A DNA stretch of 64,000 bases from Escherichia phage vB_EcoM_KAW1E185. The stretch lies in sequence record NC_054922.1. One strand, written 5' to 3'. The notes under the pieces are model-generated. The model had not been told where the DNA came from and did not search any database. It was given only the letters and a program-made list of their open reading frames with translations. Made by a program: the position numbers and the translations under genes. Shown piece by piece: positions 49,587 through 58,001 of this stretch (positions are counted from its first letter, which is position 1; each line of letters opens with the position of its first letter).

Positions 49587-49980
49587 TTTTACTAAATACG
49601 CAGAATATGATGGAAAAGACTATATAAGCACCGCATACAGATTGAACTAATACCATTCCAAAGAACCAAACAATATTATCAAACAATGTCTGTTTTACGT
49701 CGAAAGGACGTAAACTTACAGTAATATTATCGCCTTTTTCTATTGATGAATACATCTCTGGGGAAATATATTCGCTAAATCTATAACCGTCTTTGAGTTC
49801 ATATACGGCAATAAACGATAAACTAGACCCCTTTCCTTGTGTTCCTGTAAAGGTATTAACTATAGTAACATCATAATCTTTATAATGCATATAATCATTA
49901 ATTGCGTAATAACCATATGCAATTACTATGCATAAACAACATATCAATAAATTCAATCTTTTAATTATCAACTGTTTCAT
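49573..49980 (-). CDS. membrane protein (135 aa)
   Basis: hydrophobic segments at both ends. Confidence 0.45.
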   Translation of the reverse strand: MKQLIIKRLNLLICCLCIVIAYGYYAINDYMHYKDYDVTIVNTFTGTQGKGSSLSFIAVYELKDGYRFSEYISPEMYSSIEKGDNITVSLRPFDVKQTLFDNIVWFFGMVLVQSVCGAYIVFSIIFCVFSKIEIE

Positions 49981-50035
49981 AATAATCTCAATTAAAAGGG
50001 CTTAGAACCATTATACCATCCTTGGTATAAAGCGG

Positions 50036-50563
50036 TTATGCGAGTACCGTCTTTAACCGTTCTTCAAATTTCCGAAGAGTGTTCTGGCGTTCAGCTCTTT
50101 GCTTTTTGTAAGTTTCAATACGCTCTGAAATGAGAGTGTATCGTTCATTTACTGATTCTTTCATAAAATCAGGAATTTCACGAGAAGCTTTAATCTCGTC
50201 AAATTTATCAATAACAGCTTGCTCTTCAGCAATTAAGTTATCATACATCAAAATATCTTTCTTGATGAACTCAATATCTTCTTGAGTTACACGAGATAAT
50301 TTAGATGCTTTATCCTTTTTGTACTGTTCGTTAGTATCACGAGACCAGTGTAATGTACGATTTTTATTCGTATTCTTGTAAATTTCTACAATACCAATCT
50401 CATCGATAATAACGATCCAATTCCAACGGGATTTGTAAATTTGTCCTCCATCAACCGTGATTTCACCACCGATTGAGACATCATTAAAGAACTTGCTTTG
50501 AGCTTCAGATTTAAATTTACCATCATTGTAGTTTACCAAGTTGAAAATATCTTTAGCATTCAT
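50036..50563 (-). CDS. hypothetical protein with C-terminal coiled coil (175 aa)
   Basis: ORF track 50036..50623; ATG at 50563 has GGAGGA Shine-Dalgarno. Confidence 0.45.
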   Translation of the reverse strand: MNAKDIFNLVNYNDGKFKSEAQSKFFNDVSIGGEITVDGGQIYKSRWNWIVIIDEIGIVEIYKNTNKNRTLHWSRDTNEQYKKDKASKLSRVTQEDIEFIKKDILMYDNLIAEEQAVIDKFDEIKASREIPDFMKESVNERYTLISERIETYKKQRAERQNTLRKFEERLKTVLA

Positions 50564-50591
50564 TTTCTGTTCCTCCGTAGTTGATAGTTGT

Positions 50592-50621
50592 ATAATACCA
50601 CAGAGGAACAGTCTTGTAAAC
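50592..50621 (-). promoter_or_regulatory. T4-type early promoter
   Basis: gtaaac 50616-50621; -10 TATTAT; 18-bp spacer. Confidence 0.5.
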
Positions 50622-50623
50622 AA

Positions 50624-50926
50624 CTAAAAGAAACTTCTTTCACAATTTTTTCCACTGAACCAAGCGCTCACTGCTTTCTTAGTCTCAGGAGCAGTGTTAT
50701 CCATAAACCATTCAAAGGCAGCCTTTTTATGATTCTGGAGGGCTTCTCGGGCTTTAATCTGCTCACGGTCTATTAACACTAACATATGAGCCTTTCTTGT
50801 CACCAAGGGCTTCTTATGATTTTTTGAATACTCCCAATCATTTGTCCAACGCATTGTCGTTGCGAACTGAAATACTGCTTCTTTAATTTTAGTTTCGTAA
50901 ATTTCACGAGCCTTTGAGTATAACAT
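50624..50926 (-). CDS. hypothetical protein (about 100 aa)
   Basis: ORF track 50624..50938; GGAGG lies inside the first codons so a later ATG is the likelier start. Confidence 0.4.
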   Translation of the reverse strand: MLYSKAREIYETKIKEAVFQFATTMRWTNDWEYSKNHKKPLVTRKAHMLVLIDREQIKAREALQNHKKAAFEWFMDNTAPETKKAVSAWFSGKNCERSFF

Positions 50927-51027
50927 CATTACCTCCATTTACCAGTTTAATTCTAGTCATCTTTTTGATGGCAGTCCATATAATCTATTTCTGAACTGCC
51001 TTTTTGTCATAGAAGGCCTCTTATGAA

Positions 51028-51996
51028 TTATTTCAGAAGAGTAACCTCAGCGATTTCTTCCCAACCATTTTTGTCGGTCATAATAAAGTCAGCAAGATAA
51101 AGAGCAGTACGCAGTGAAACATTGCGTAAACGATTAACATTGACTTTCATCCATGATAATGCTTTATAAGTTTCTTCATCAGAAAGACCGCGCTTTTGCA
51201 TCATGTCAGTTGAAAGAATAACATCTTCAACCCTGACCATAATTTCTTCATTAGTGTGAACACCCAAATCCAAATAAACTGAGCGGGACACTAATGCTTG
51301 TAAATGTGGAGCAAGTTTAGTACCACGGTCTAATTCGCGGTCAATGTCAACGTTTGTGATAAAAACAATCGTTCCTTTAAATTCAAACTCACGCTCAATG
51401 CCTTTTTCTTCCAAGTAAGAAGATGCAGTGCTCCAGCAGACTTTACGGGTCTCTCCGGTGTCCAGAGCAGCTTTCAGAAGATTAAGAATGTCCATATCAG
51501 AGAAAACATCCACATCATCAATCAAAAGGACAGAATTCTCTTCACGATTATTCCAAAGCTGTTCATAAAGACCGATACCGGAGATTTTACCGTTAATGCT
51601 TTTATATTCAATGTATCCAATATCATTTGCTTTATTTAAAGCTTTATCTAAAGAATACGTTTTACCAATACCCGCCGCACCAGAGATAATTAATGAACGA
51701 ATATTTCCATTAATAATACCATTCGTCATCATTCCCATAACATTAAATCTTTTATTAATGCGGGTTTTCATATCTTCATACGATTCTTTAACTTCTTCAA
51801 CTTTTACACCATCATATGAAATGTCTGATTTGTAAACCCAAACACCGCGACGTTTACCGTCAATTTCAACAAAAACTTTACCATCTCCTTGTGCATCTAC
51901 CGGAGCATTATCTGGGAACCATTCGCCTAAGAGCTCAAAAGTTCCAGAGATTTCTTTACCGAAGTAGATACCCTTATTGATAGTTACAGTTTTCAT
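51028..51996 (-). CDS. P-loop (AAA+-like) ATPase with about 100-aa N-terminal domain (322 aa)
   Basis: Walker A GAAGIGKT, Walker B VLLIDDVD; AGGAG Shine-Dalgarno. Confidence 0.6.
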   Translation of the reverse strand: MKTVTINKGIYFGKEISGTFELLGEWFPDNAPVDAQGDGKVFVEIDGKRRGVWVYKSDISYDGVKVEEVKESYEDMKTRINKRFNVMGMMTNGIINGNIRSLIISGAAGIGKTYSLDKALNKANDIGYIEYKSINGKISGIGLYEQLWNNREENSVLLIDDVDVFSDMDILNLLKAALDTGETRKVCWSTASSYLEEKGIEREFEFKGTIVFITNVDIDRELDRGTKLAPHLQALVSRSVYLDLGVHTNEEIMVRVEDVILSTDMMQKRGLSDEETYKALSWMKVNVNRLRNVSLRTALYLADFIMTDKNGWEEIAEVTLLK

Positions 51997-52053
51997 TTTA
52001 TTCTCCTTTGATTTGATAGGACTACTATAACATAGTCCTATCAGTTTGTATAC

Positions 52054-52254
52054 TTATTTTGACATTTCTTCGATGTCACGACGATACCCGTCACGAACTT
52101 CACGAAGAGCTTCAAGGCCACACATAGGCTCGATACCAGTAATGTGAACTTGATTAATCTGATACTCTACATCTTCTAACTGAGCGAAAACATAACGACG
52201 TTCAGCTGCACACCCAGATTTAGCTTTACCGAAACGTTTATTCAAAGTAGTCAT
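52054..52254 (-). CDS. hypothetical protein (66 aa)
   Basis: ORF with early promoter upstream. Confidence 0.4.
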   Translation of the reverse strand: MTTLNKRFGKAKSGCAAERRYVFAQLEDVEYQINQVHITGIEPMCGLEALREVRDGYRRDIEEMSK

Positions 52255-52292
52255 TTTGTATCTCCAATTTACTCATTTGTTTTGATAGTTGT

Positions 52293-52322
52293 ATAATACC
52301 ATAAAGCTTTATGCTTGTAAAC
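52293..52322 (-). promoter_or_regulatory. T4-type early promoter
   Basis: gtaaac 52317-52322; -10 TATTAT; 18-bp spacer. Confidence 0.5.
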
Positions 52323-52353
52323 AGTTTTGTGAAAAAATTTTTGAAATAAAAAA

Positions 52354-52371
52354 GGGAGCCCGAAGGCTCCC
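52354..52371 (-). terminator. stem-loop after the nucleotidyltransferase gene
   Basis: gggagcc cgaa ggctccc, perfect 7-bp stem. Confidence 0.55.
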
Positions 52372-52373
52372 TA

Positions 52374-53387
52374 TCATTTATAATAACTTCGGTGGTTTTC
52401 AAGATAGACCTTCTCAAGGAAGTCATCCCAGAAACTCATGTCTACTGTTTTAGGCATACCGTTCTTAGAAGCTTCAGTAGATGCTGCTTCTACTTGATCG
52501 ACCACATCTTCCAAAAACTCTTGAACCGTTTTAAATGGATGTTTACCCAACTTCACGTCGAGAATAAATGGAGCATCTTGGAGTGGATAAACCAAGTCAC
52601 CAGTTTTGTAAATTTCCAATAGTTGGAGTCCACCACGGCAAGCATGACTCAGAGCTTTCCAGTCAATACCTTCATTGGCTTCGGCCTTACGAGCACGTTC
52701 ACCATATTCAGCATCTAATTTGTTCAGTGACTGCTTAAGCTCAATAAGAGAAAGCGTTGTCTGATATTTACGACCCAACACAGTGTAGAACGTTTGTGGG
52801 CCTGTTTTCTCATGATTATGGAACACCCATTCACAGAATTCGTTTTCTGGAAGACGATGCTTAATATCTTCAACTTTAGTGCGACGCTGCTTAATAGAAC
52901 CATCTTCTTGGTAATCAATCCACTGCTCAGGGATTTGATTAACTACTTTCAATACATCACGTAATGCAGCCAAACGAGAACCCTTGACACCGTATTTAGA
53001 AGCTTGCTTGCGGACATATCCTAAATAGGATTTCATGTTAGTCGTATAAAAACGAGAACGGTTGTCTTGAATAAACTTCCACACATCAGGCAAATCAGAT
53101 TTAACCACTAGTTCAGGTGGAGTGTGAAGCATATCCAATGCTACAGTTTCACCATCTGTTGCTAATTTAAAGAAATATTTAAGACTGTATAGTTCATGGT
53201 CAATATCATCTTTAGTGTTTTTAGATGATGTGTTGTTAGTGTTTTTACTCATGTGCTCTTTGACATTTCCGATAAGAATATCACGAGCAGGAGGAACAAA
53301 AATTTCTTTAAAATCTACATCAGATTCTGGAGTAGAAGTTCCATAAAGATGACTACCAAAATAGCTTTTCATTACTGTTTTCATCAT
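52374..53387 (-). CDS. predicted Pol-beta-superfamily nucleotidyltransferase (337 aa)
   Basis: N-terminal FGSHLYGTSTPESDVDF (G-S...D-x-D) and a downstream LDMLH acidic motif. Confidence 0.5.
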   Translation of the reverse strand: MMKTVMKSYFGSHLYGTSTPESDVDFKEIFVPPARDILIGNVKEHMSKNTNNTSSKNTKDDIDHELYSLKYFFKLATDGETVALDMLHTPPELVVKSDLPDVWKFIQDNRSRFYTTNMKSYLGYVRKQASKYGVKGSRLAALRDVLKVVNQIPEQWIDYQEDGSIKQRRTKVEDIKHRLPENEFCEWVFHNHEKTGPQTFYTVLGRKYQTTLSLIELKQSLNKLDAEYGERARKAEANEGIDWKALSHACRGGLQLLEIYKTGDLVYPLQDAPFILDVKLGKHPFKTVQEFLEDVVDQVEAASTEASKNGMPKTVDMSFWDDFLEKVYLENHRSYYK

Positions 53388-53845
53388 TCAGCCTTATATT
53401 CAATAACAGGACATACTTTAGCTTTACGAGCTTTTAAAAATTCAACGATAATCGATTTCTTGGGTTGAATAGGAGGTAAACCTTTATACGCCCTATCAAT
53501 ATTTTCTATGTGTAAAGCATAATCCTTTTTCCATTTATAATCTTTATATTTTTCATGCAAATGTGCAGGAATAACAAATGAACCGATAATAAGTAAAACA
53601 ACCAAAAGCGCAAGTATAAATGCTGATGGAAGAAGAGTCCATAAACTACCAAAAATAAGCCAACGTTGTAGGCTTTCTGCACAAATAATTGTTAGCCCTA
53701 CGAGTATAGCACATCCAAAAATAGAAACGAAAAATGTAGGAATGGCAATAGACCAAAAATATGCGCATAGTGTCTTAGGTCGTTGCCATTCATCGTTAAA
53801 CAATTTGAATAATTTATAGTGCCAAGAGTTTTCATTAATAATCAT
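53384..53845 (-). CDS. membrane protein (153 aa, about three transmembrane segments)
   Basis: hydrophobic segments; coupled to the nucleotidyltransferase gene. Confidence 0.5.
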   Translation of the reverse strand: MIINENSWHYKLFKLFNDEWQRPKTLCAYFWSIAIPTFFVSIFGCAILVGLTIICAESLQRWLIFGSLWTLLPSAFILALLVVLLIIGSFVIPAHLHEKYKDYKWKKDYALHIENIDRAYKGLPPIQPKKSIIVEFLKARKAKVCPVIEYKAE

Positions 53846-53847
53846 AA

Positions 53848-54369
53848 TTATCCTTTCATTGAAGGCGTAACAGTTGTTAAATACTTAATCATAGCTTCAG
53901 CTTCTGATTTTGATAATGAAATTTCTCCATTGTTTTGACGAATAGAAATAAAATCCGGATGACGGTCACCACCAGCTTTTAAAACACACATATAAGTATC
54001 AACTTCATCTTCAATATTTGAAATGATTGAAGCAGTTCCACATGAATGCGGTTTTTGATAAATCAATGCAGCTTTTCTTCCGCCATTTGACTGTTCATAA
54101 ACTTTTAATACATCAAACAAATCACTTCTTTTATCAATAGCTAAAATGTTATTTTCATCTTCAATGTTAAATCCTTCGGATACTTCATAAAGTGTCACCC
54201 ATAAATCGCCAATATCAATAACAGCGTTCACTTTTCCATGACTTTCAAGAGCATGACAAATTTTCTTGATTTCGTCATAACTCATTTTAATAATATCATC
54301 TCCTTGAATAAGAAAGATGTCATTTTTAAATTCAACACGAATTAAACCACTTCCACTTGAAATAAACAT
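53848..54369 (-). CDS. hypothetical protein (173 aa), paralog of the next gene
   Basis: shares GFNIEDE and C-terminal EAEAMIKYLTTVTPSM with the 181-aa neighbour. Confidence 0.45.
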   Translation of the reverse strand: MFISSGSGLIRVEFKNDIFLIQGDDIIKMSYDEIKKICHALESHGKVNAVIDIGDLWVTLYEVSEGFNIEDENNILAIDKRSDLFDVLKVYEQSNGGRKAALIYQKPHSCGTASIISNIEDEVDTYMCVLKAGGDRHPDFISIRQNNGEISLSKSEAEAMIKYLTTVTPSMKG

Positions 54370-54375
54370 ATTTCC

Positions 54376-54921
54376 TCACTTTGAAATCATAGTTGGAATA
54401 ACAGAATCAAGATAAGTCTTTAGTGCAATAGCTTCGTCTTTGGTAAATGTGACAATATGTGCTCGAAAATCATCAATTTGACGAATAGTTAAGACATCTC
54501 CATCTTCATAACATTTTGATACGTTTAAAACAGTTTCATCATTCTGATTGCAAGCGTTAGTAATAATAGCATTGCAATTTTTAAACCATTTTAAACTATG
54601 TTTTCTTTCATTAGAATAATAAAAATATTTAATCTTATCTATAAAACTATCCCAATGGATAACTGATAAGCATATTGACTCGCTTTCAATATTAAATCCT
54701 GGGCATGAAGAATAAAAATGAATTTTATGCTCATCATTAATGCTTACAATTTTATCAGTATAAGGATTTTCAATTTTGGTTAAATGAATGATTTCACTAG
54801 GCGTAAAATACAGCATATCGTCTTCTTGTGTCAAACGATACATATTATTTACTTTTTCTATAGCTAATTCACCAAAAAGTGAACTAACTTCTAATACTAA
54901 TCGTTTCGCCGCTACCGTCAT
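54376..54921 (-). CDS. hypothetical protein (181 aa), paralog of the previous gene
   Basis: GFNIESE and C-terminal EAIALKTYLDSVIPTM. Confidence 0.45.
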   Translation of the reverse strand: MTVAAKRLVLEVSSLFGELAIEKVNNMYRLTQEDDMLYFTPSEIIHLTKIENPYTDKIVSINDEHKIHFYSSCPGFNIESESICLSVIHWDSFIDKIKYFYYSNERKHSLKWFKNCNAIITNACNQNDETVLNVSKCYEDGDVLTIRQIDDFRAHIVTFTKDEAIALKTYLDSVIPTMISK

Positions 54922-55053
54922 TACATACTCCTCTGAATCATATCAATAATGTTGTTCACCAGATTATAAGTAAACATTGGGTAATTATATTGAATCATTA
55001 CATACACAACAAACAAAACTTTCATTCTCTTCTCCTTGGCAGTTGACAAGATT

Positions 55054-55083
55054 ACTATACCATAACCTTGCCAACTTGTAAAC
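55054..55083 (-). promoter_or_regulatory. T4-type early promoter
   Basis: gtaaac 55078-55083; -10 TATAGT; 18-bp spacer. Confidence 0.5.
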
Positions 55084-55085
55084 CA

Positions 55086-55259
55086 TTAAATGACGTTTTC
55101 AATAAAATTCTGAAGCTTTGTGTGAGCATCAACCATGATTTTCATTTCTTCTTTTGCGAAAGCTGTACCTCTTTCCCGAGCAGAATACTCATAGTCAGAA
55201 ACTGCATTAGCATATTCTTCAATTAGCTTCATTAAAAACATCTGCTTTTCAGTTTTCAT
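55086..55259 (-). CDS. small helical protein (57 aa); below ORF-track cut-off
   Basis: own translation MKTEKQMFLMKLIEEYANAVSDYEYSARERGTAFAKEEMKIMVDAHTKLQNFIENVI. Confidence 0.35.
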   Translation of the reverse strand: MKTEKQMFLMKLIEEYANAVSDYEYSARERGTAFAKEEMKIMVDAHTKLQNFIENVI

Positions 55260-55443
55260 TATTCCACCTAATCATTTCAAGATATTGAACTAACTTAGCT
55301 TTGGATTTATCCAAATCTCTTTTAGCTGCTTCTATACCGTCGTATGAATATCCTTCACAATGCTCAACTGCTAATTGATATGAATCTATTTCAATATCAC
55401 GTGCTAATTTAATGATTTTTTCAAACTGTTCACGTGTTAGCAT
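55249..55443 (-). CDS. small helical protein (64 aa)
   Basis: ORF; starts MLTREQ like the small ORFs next to tk. Confidence 0.4.
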   Translation of the reverse strand: MLTREQFEKIIKLARDIEIDSYQLAVEHCEGYSYDGIEAAKRDLDKSKAKLVQYLEMIRWNNEN

Positions 55444-55445
55444 AA

Positions 55446-55649
55446 TTAAACTCTCGTATTATGATCGATAATTTCATCAAGAAACATATCTAACGCTTCT
55501 AAAGCATTATCAACTTTAGCTTCAAGTTCTTCAATACCTTTATTTGCAATGCCTGACGAAAACCAAGCAAAGTCACTAAATTCCTCATCTGCTTTACGAA
55601 TTAAAGCTACCAGTTCCTTAATTTTATCCGCTTGTTCGATACTAATCAT
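55446..55649 (-). CDS. small helical protein (67 aa from internal ATG)
   Basis: ORF track 55446..55685; TAATG overlap with the upstream ORF at 55649. Confidence 0.4.
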   Translation of the reverse strand: MISIEQADKIKELVALIRKADEEFSDFAWFSSGIANKGIEELEAKVDNALEALDMFLDEIIDHNTRV

Positions 55650-55882
55650 TATTCCACCACATATGAAAGAGAGAATATTGCACACGCCATGTGAGTTGCA
55701 ACTTCATCACACATATTATAACGTTTCTTAAGAAGTTCTACAAGTTCTTCACTAGTAACTTCATCCATGTCGACGAAAAAATCACCATTAATGATGACGT
55801 AGATATTTCCTTCTTGATTGAGTGCTTCAATTTTCATGATGTTCTCCTCTTTATCCGATAGTTGTATAGTACCACAGCTCAA
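55649..55882 (-). CDS. hypothetical protein (77 aa)
   Basis: ORF. Confidence 0.4.
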
Positions 55883-55895
55883 ACGGAAAGTAAAC
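55866..55895 (-). promoter_or_regulatory. T4-type early promoter
   Basis: gtaaac 55890-55895; -10 TACTAT; 18-bp spacer. Confidence 0.5.
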
Positions 55896-55910
55896 CGGTA
55901 AAATGAAAAA

Positions 55911-55928
55911 AGTCTCCCGAAGGAGACT
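55911..55928 (-). terminator. stem-loop
   Basis: agtctcc cgaa ggagact. Confidence 0.5.
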
Positions 55929-55932
55929 AATG

Positions 55933-56319
55933 TTATTCGAGGGAAAGAAGATACTTACTCTGGTAAAACATTCCAGTAATATCATCTATCGTACTTTGAA
56001 TGGCTGGAGGCATTTCTTTATAAATGCTGTTAGATTGGTCTAGTATGCGATCAATCATTTTAATTGTGTCGGTAGGAAGTTTACTGGCATCTGGAATTGA
56101 AGGTGTGTATTTTCTACCAGAATACCCCAAATATTGCTCACCAAATTTATCAATCAAATCTGGCAACTCGGAAAAAATAAAATCGTATGCTTTGTGTCTA
56201 GCATAACTTTTAGTTTCAAAATGTGCAGAATGAAAATAAGCTTGTGCAGCCATTAATAAACCTAAGTATTCATCTGCCTTTGAAGGTTTTCCACTTTGTG
56301 AAAAGTCGCTGAATTTCAT
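55933..56319 (-). CDS. hypothetical protein (128 aa)
   Basis: ORF coupled to rI. Confidence 0.4.
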
Positions 56320-56611
56320 TCAGTCTCCAATTTAATGTTCATAATTCTAGCGTATGAATGTGCCATCTCCGCGCCTCGTTCTATACATTCAAAATCAGAA
56401 GAGCACGGGTCATTTTTATAGGTCGTTCTCATAAAACTATAGAATTGTTCAGACGATTCTACGCTTTTATTTTCAAAAAGCATATAAACATGTCTAATAC
56501 CAGATTCCATAAATTTATCAAAATGAGGATCGACATTCGCTTCAATCGGTGGAGATAAAGCAAACGCTAATCCTAAGCATGGCAAATAGTGCCGTTGCTT
56601 TTAAGGCCATA
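56316..56611 (-). pseudogene. rI: rI lysis-inhibition regulator with apparent +1 frameshift in the N-terminal signal-anchor region
   Basis: ORF 56316..56585 encodes the RI body (LSPPIEANVDPHFDKFMESG...) from a TTG; the AGGAGG-preceded ATG near 56611 encodes MALKATALFAM then terminates out of frame. Confidence 0.5.
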
Positions 56612-56622
56612 AAGGCCTCCTA

Positions 56623-56835
56623 TCATTTTTGTCCTGTATTTACTTTATGCCGATGCACGGCCTTAACTTTATCAAGGTATTTTTCAAAATTTCGCAATCT
56701 AGTATAGTCTGCCGGAGATTGGTTGAGTGATACTTCTCGACGCAAAGCTGAAATGATATTTCCAACTTCCCTACGAATTTCATCTAATTGAAGAACAGTA
56801 AGATTGCGAAGTTGCTTTTCAGTTAATTGTAGCAT
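56623..56835 (-). CDS. hypothetical protein (70 aa)
   Basis: ORF. Confidence 0.4.
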
Positions 56836-56877
56836 ATATACCCCTTTAGTTAGATAAACCTATTTATAACTTTTGCA

Positions 56878-57459
56878 CTAACCGAGCTTTTTAGTTAATT
56901 CATTCCAATGTTTTCTGCACAAAGAAACATAAATTTCATCACCAATACAGATTTGATTACCTTCTTTAACTGGTGTTCCATCTTCCATTAATCGAGCTGT
57001 CATAATCGCTTTTTTACCACAATGACAAACTGCCTTTAGTTCAATAAGTTTATCTGCAATCGCTAAAAGTTCTTTAGAACCTTCAAATAATTTTCCAGCG
57101 AAATCAGTCCTTAATCCATAAGCCATAACAGGAACATTATATGTATCAACAATTCGACTCAATTGATGTACTTGTTCAGTTTTTAAAAACTGGGCTTCAT
57201 CTACAAATACGCAATGAATATCTTTTTGTGCTTCAGCCCATTTATAGAACTCGAAAATATCCATATCATCTGTAATAATATTCGCTTCCTGCTTAATTCC
57301 AATGCGAGAAACGACTTCACAGACAGAATCGCGAGTATCAATAGCAGGCTTAAGAACTAATACACTCATTCCACGTTCTTTATAATTATGCGCAGCAGTC
57401 AAAAGAGAAGCAGATTTTCCAGCATTCATTGCTGCATAAGTAAAAATTAAACTCGCCAT
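56878..57459 (-). CDS. tk: thymidine kinase
   Basis: 193 aa as in T4 Tk; P-loop AAMNAGKS; C-terminal zinc-binding cysteines. Confidence 0.85.
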   Translation of the reverse strand: MASLIFTYAAMNAGKSASLLTAAHNYKERGMSVLVLKPAIDTRDSVCEVVSRIGIKQEANIITDDMDIFEFYKWAEAQKDIHCVFVDEAQFLKTEQVHQLSRIVDTYNVPVMAYGLRTDFAGKLFEGSKELLAIADKLIELKAVCHCGKKAIMTARLMEDGTPVKEGNQICIGDEIYVSLCRKHWNELTKKLG

Positions 57460-57460
57460 C

Positions 57461-57649
57461 TTAGTCCTTAGTTAAATTTTCTAAATATGTTTCTAAATCA
57501 TTTTCAGCTTTATCGATAGATTTTACTAATTCGTAATATGTTTCGGCATCTCCATATTCAGAAGATATTTCAAAAGACAAATCCTTTTCTAAACTAATAA
57601 TTTCACCAACTAAAAATAATATTTCGTTCTTTTGTTCGCGAGTAATCAT
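57461..57649 (-). CDS. small helical protein (62 aa)
   Basis: ORF; MITREQ start. Confidence 0.4.
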   Translation of the reverse strand: MITREQKNEILFLVGEIISLEKDLSFEISSEYGDAETYYELVKSIDKAENDLETYLENLTKD

Positions 57650-57831
57650 AAGGAATTTATATAATTAATAAGTTCTTGTTCTTTATTATCGAATTCTTTA
57701 GAAAGTTCTTCGTACTCGTTTGCACTAAAAGGACCGCATTCATTACAAACTTTTTCCAATTCGCTATTTTTATCCATAACTTCGTGGATAAGAGAAAAGA
57801 GTTTGTCTTTTTGTTCTTTGCTTAGGCTCAT
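57646..57831 (-). CDS. small protein (61 aa)
   Basis: ORF; MSLSKEQ start; 4-nt overlap with the next ORF. Confidence 0.4.
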   Translation of the reverse strand: MSLSKEQKDKLFSLIHEVMDKNSELEKVCNECGPFSANEYEELSKEFDNKEQELINYINSL

Positions 57832-58001
57832 ATATTAATTTCCAGAAGTTTTAAAATAATTCGCTTTTGCTTAAATATTTCCATAGTTAAATGATCAGTA
57901 TCTTTTTGACCAATTCCAATGGCAAAACCTTTATTAGCAGCGAGTTCAATTAAATTATCAAGTTCACGTAACACTTCGTACTGTAACTCAGAACTATTCA
58001 T
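57828..58001 (-). CDS. small protein (57 aa); below ORF-track cut-off
   Basis: own translation MNSSELQYEVLRELDNLIELAANKGFAIGIGQKDTDHLTMEIFKQKRIILKLLEINI; ATGA overlaps at both ends. Confidence 0.4.
   Translation of the reverse strand: MNSSELQYEVLRELDNLIELAANKGFAIGIGQKDTDHLTMEIFKQKRIILKLLEINI

Noticed and set aside
52238-52426. Minus-strand 62-aa ORF spanning the promoter and hairpin after the nucleotidyltransferase gene
   Set aside because: It covers an early promoter and a strong terminator-like hairpin and has no RBS.
54922-55024. 34-codon minus-strand ORF upstream of the 181-aa paralog
   Set aside because: Region is better explained as a promoter/leader (GTTTAC element present); no RBS.
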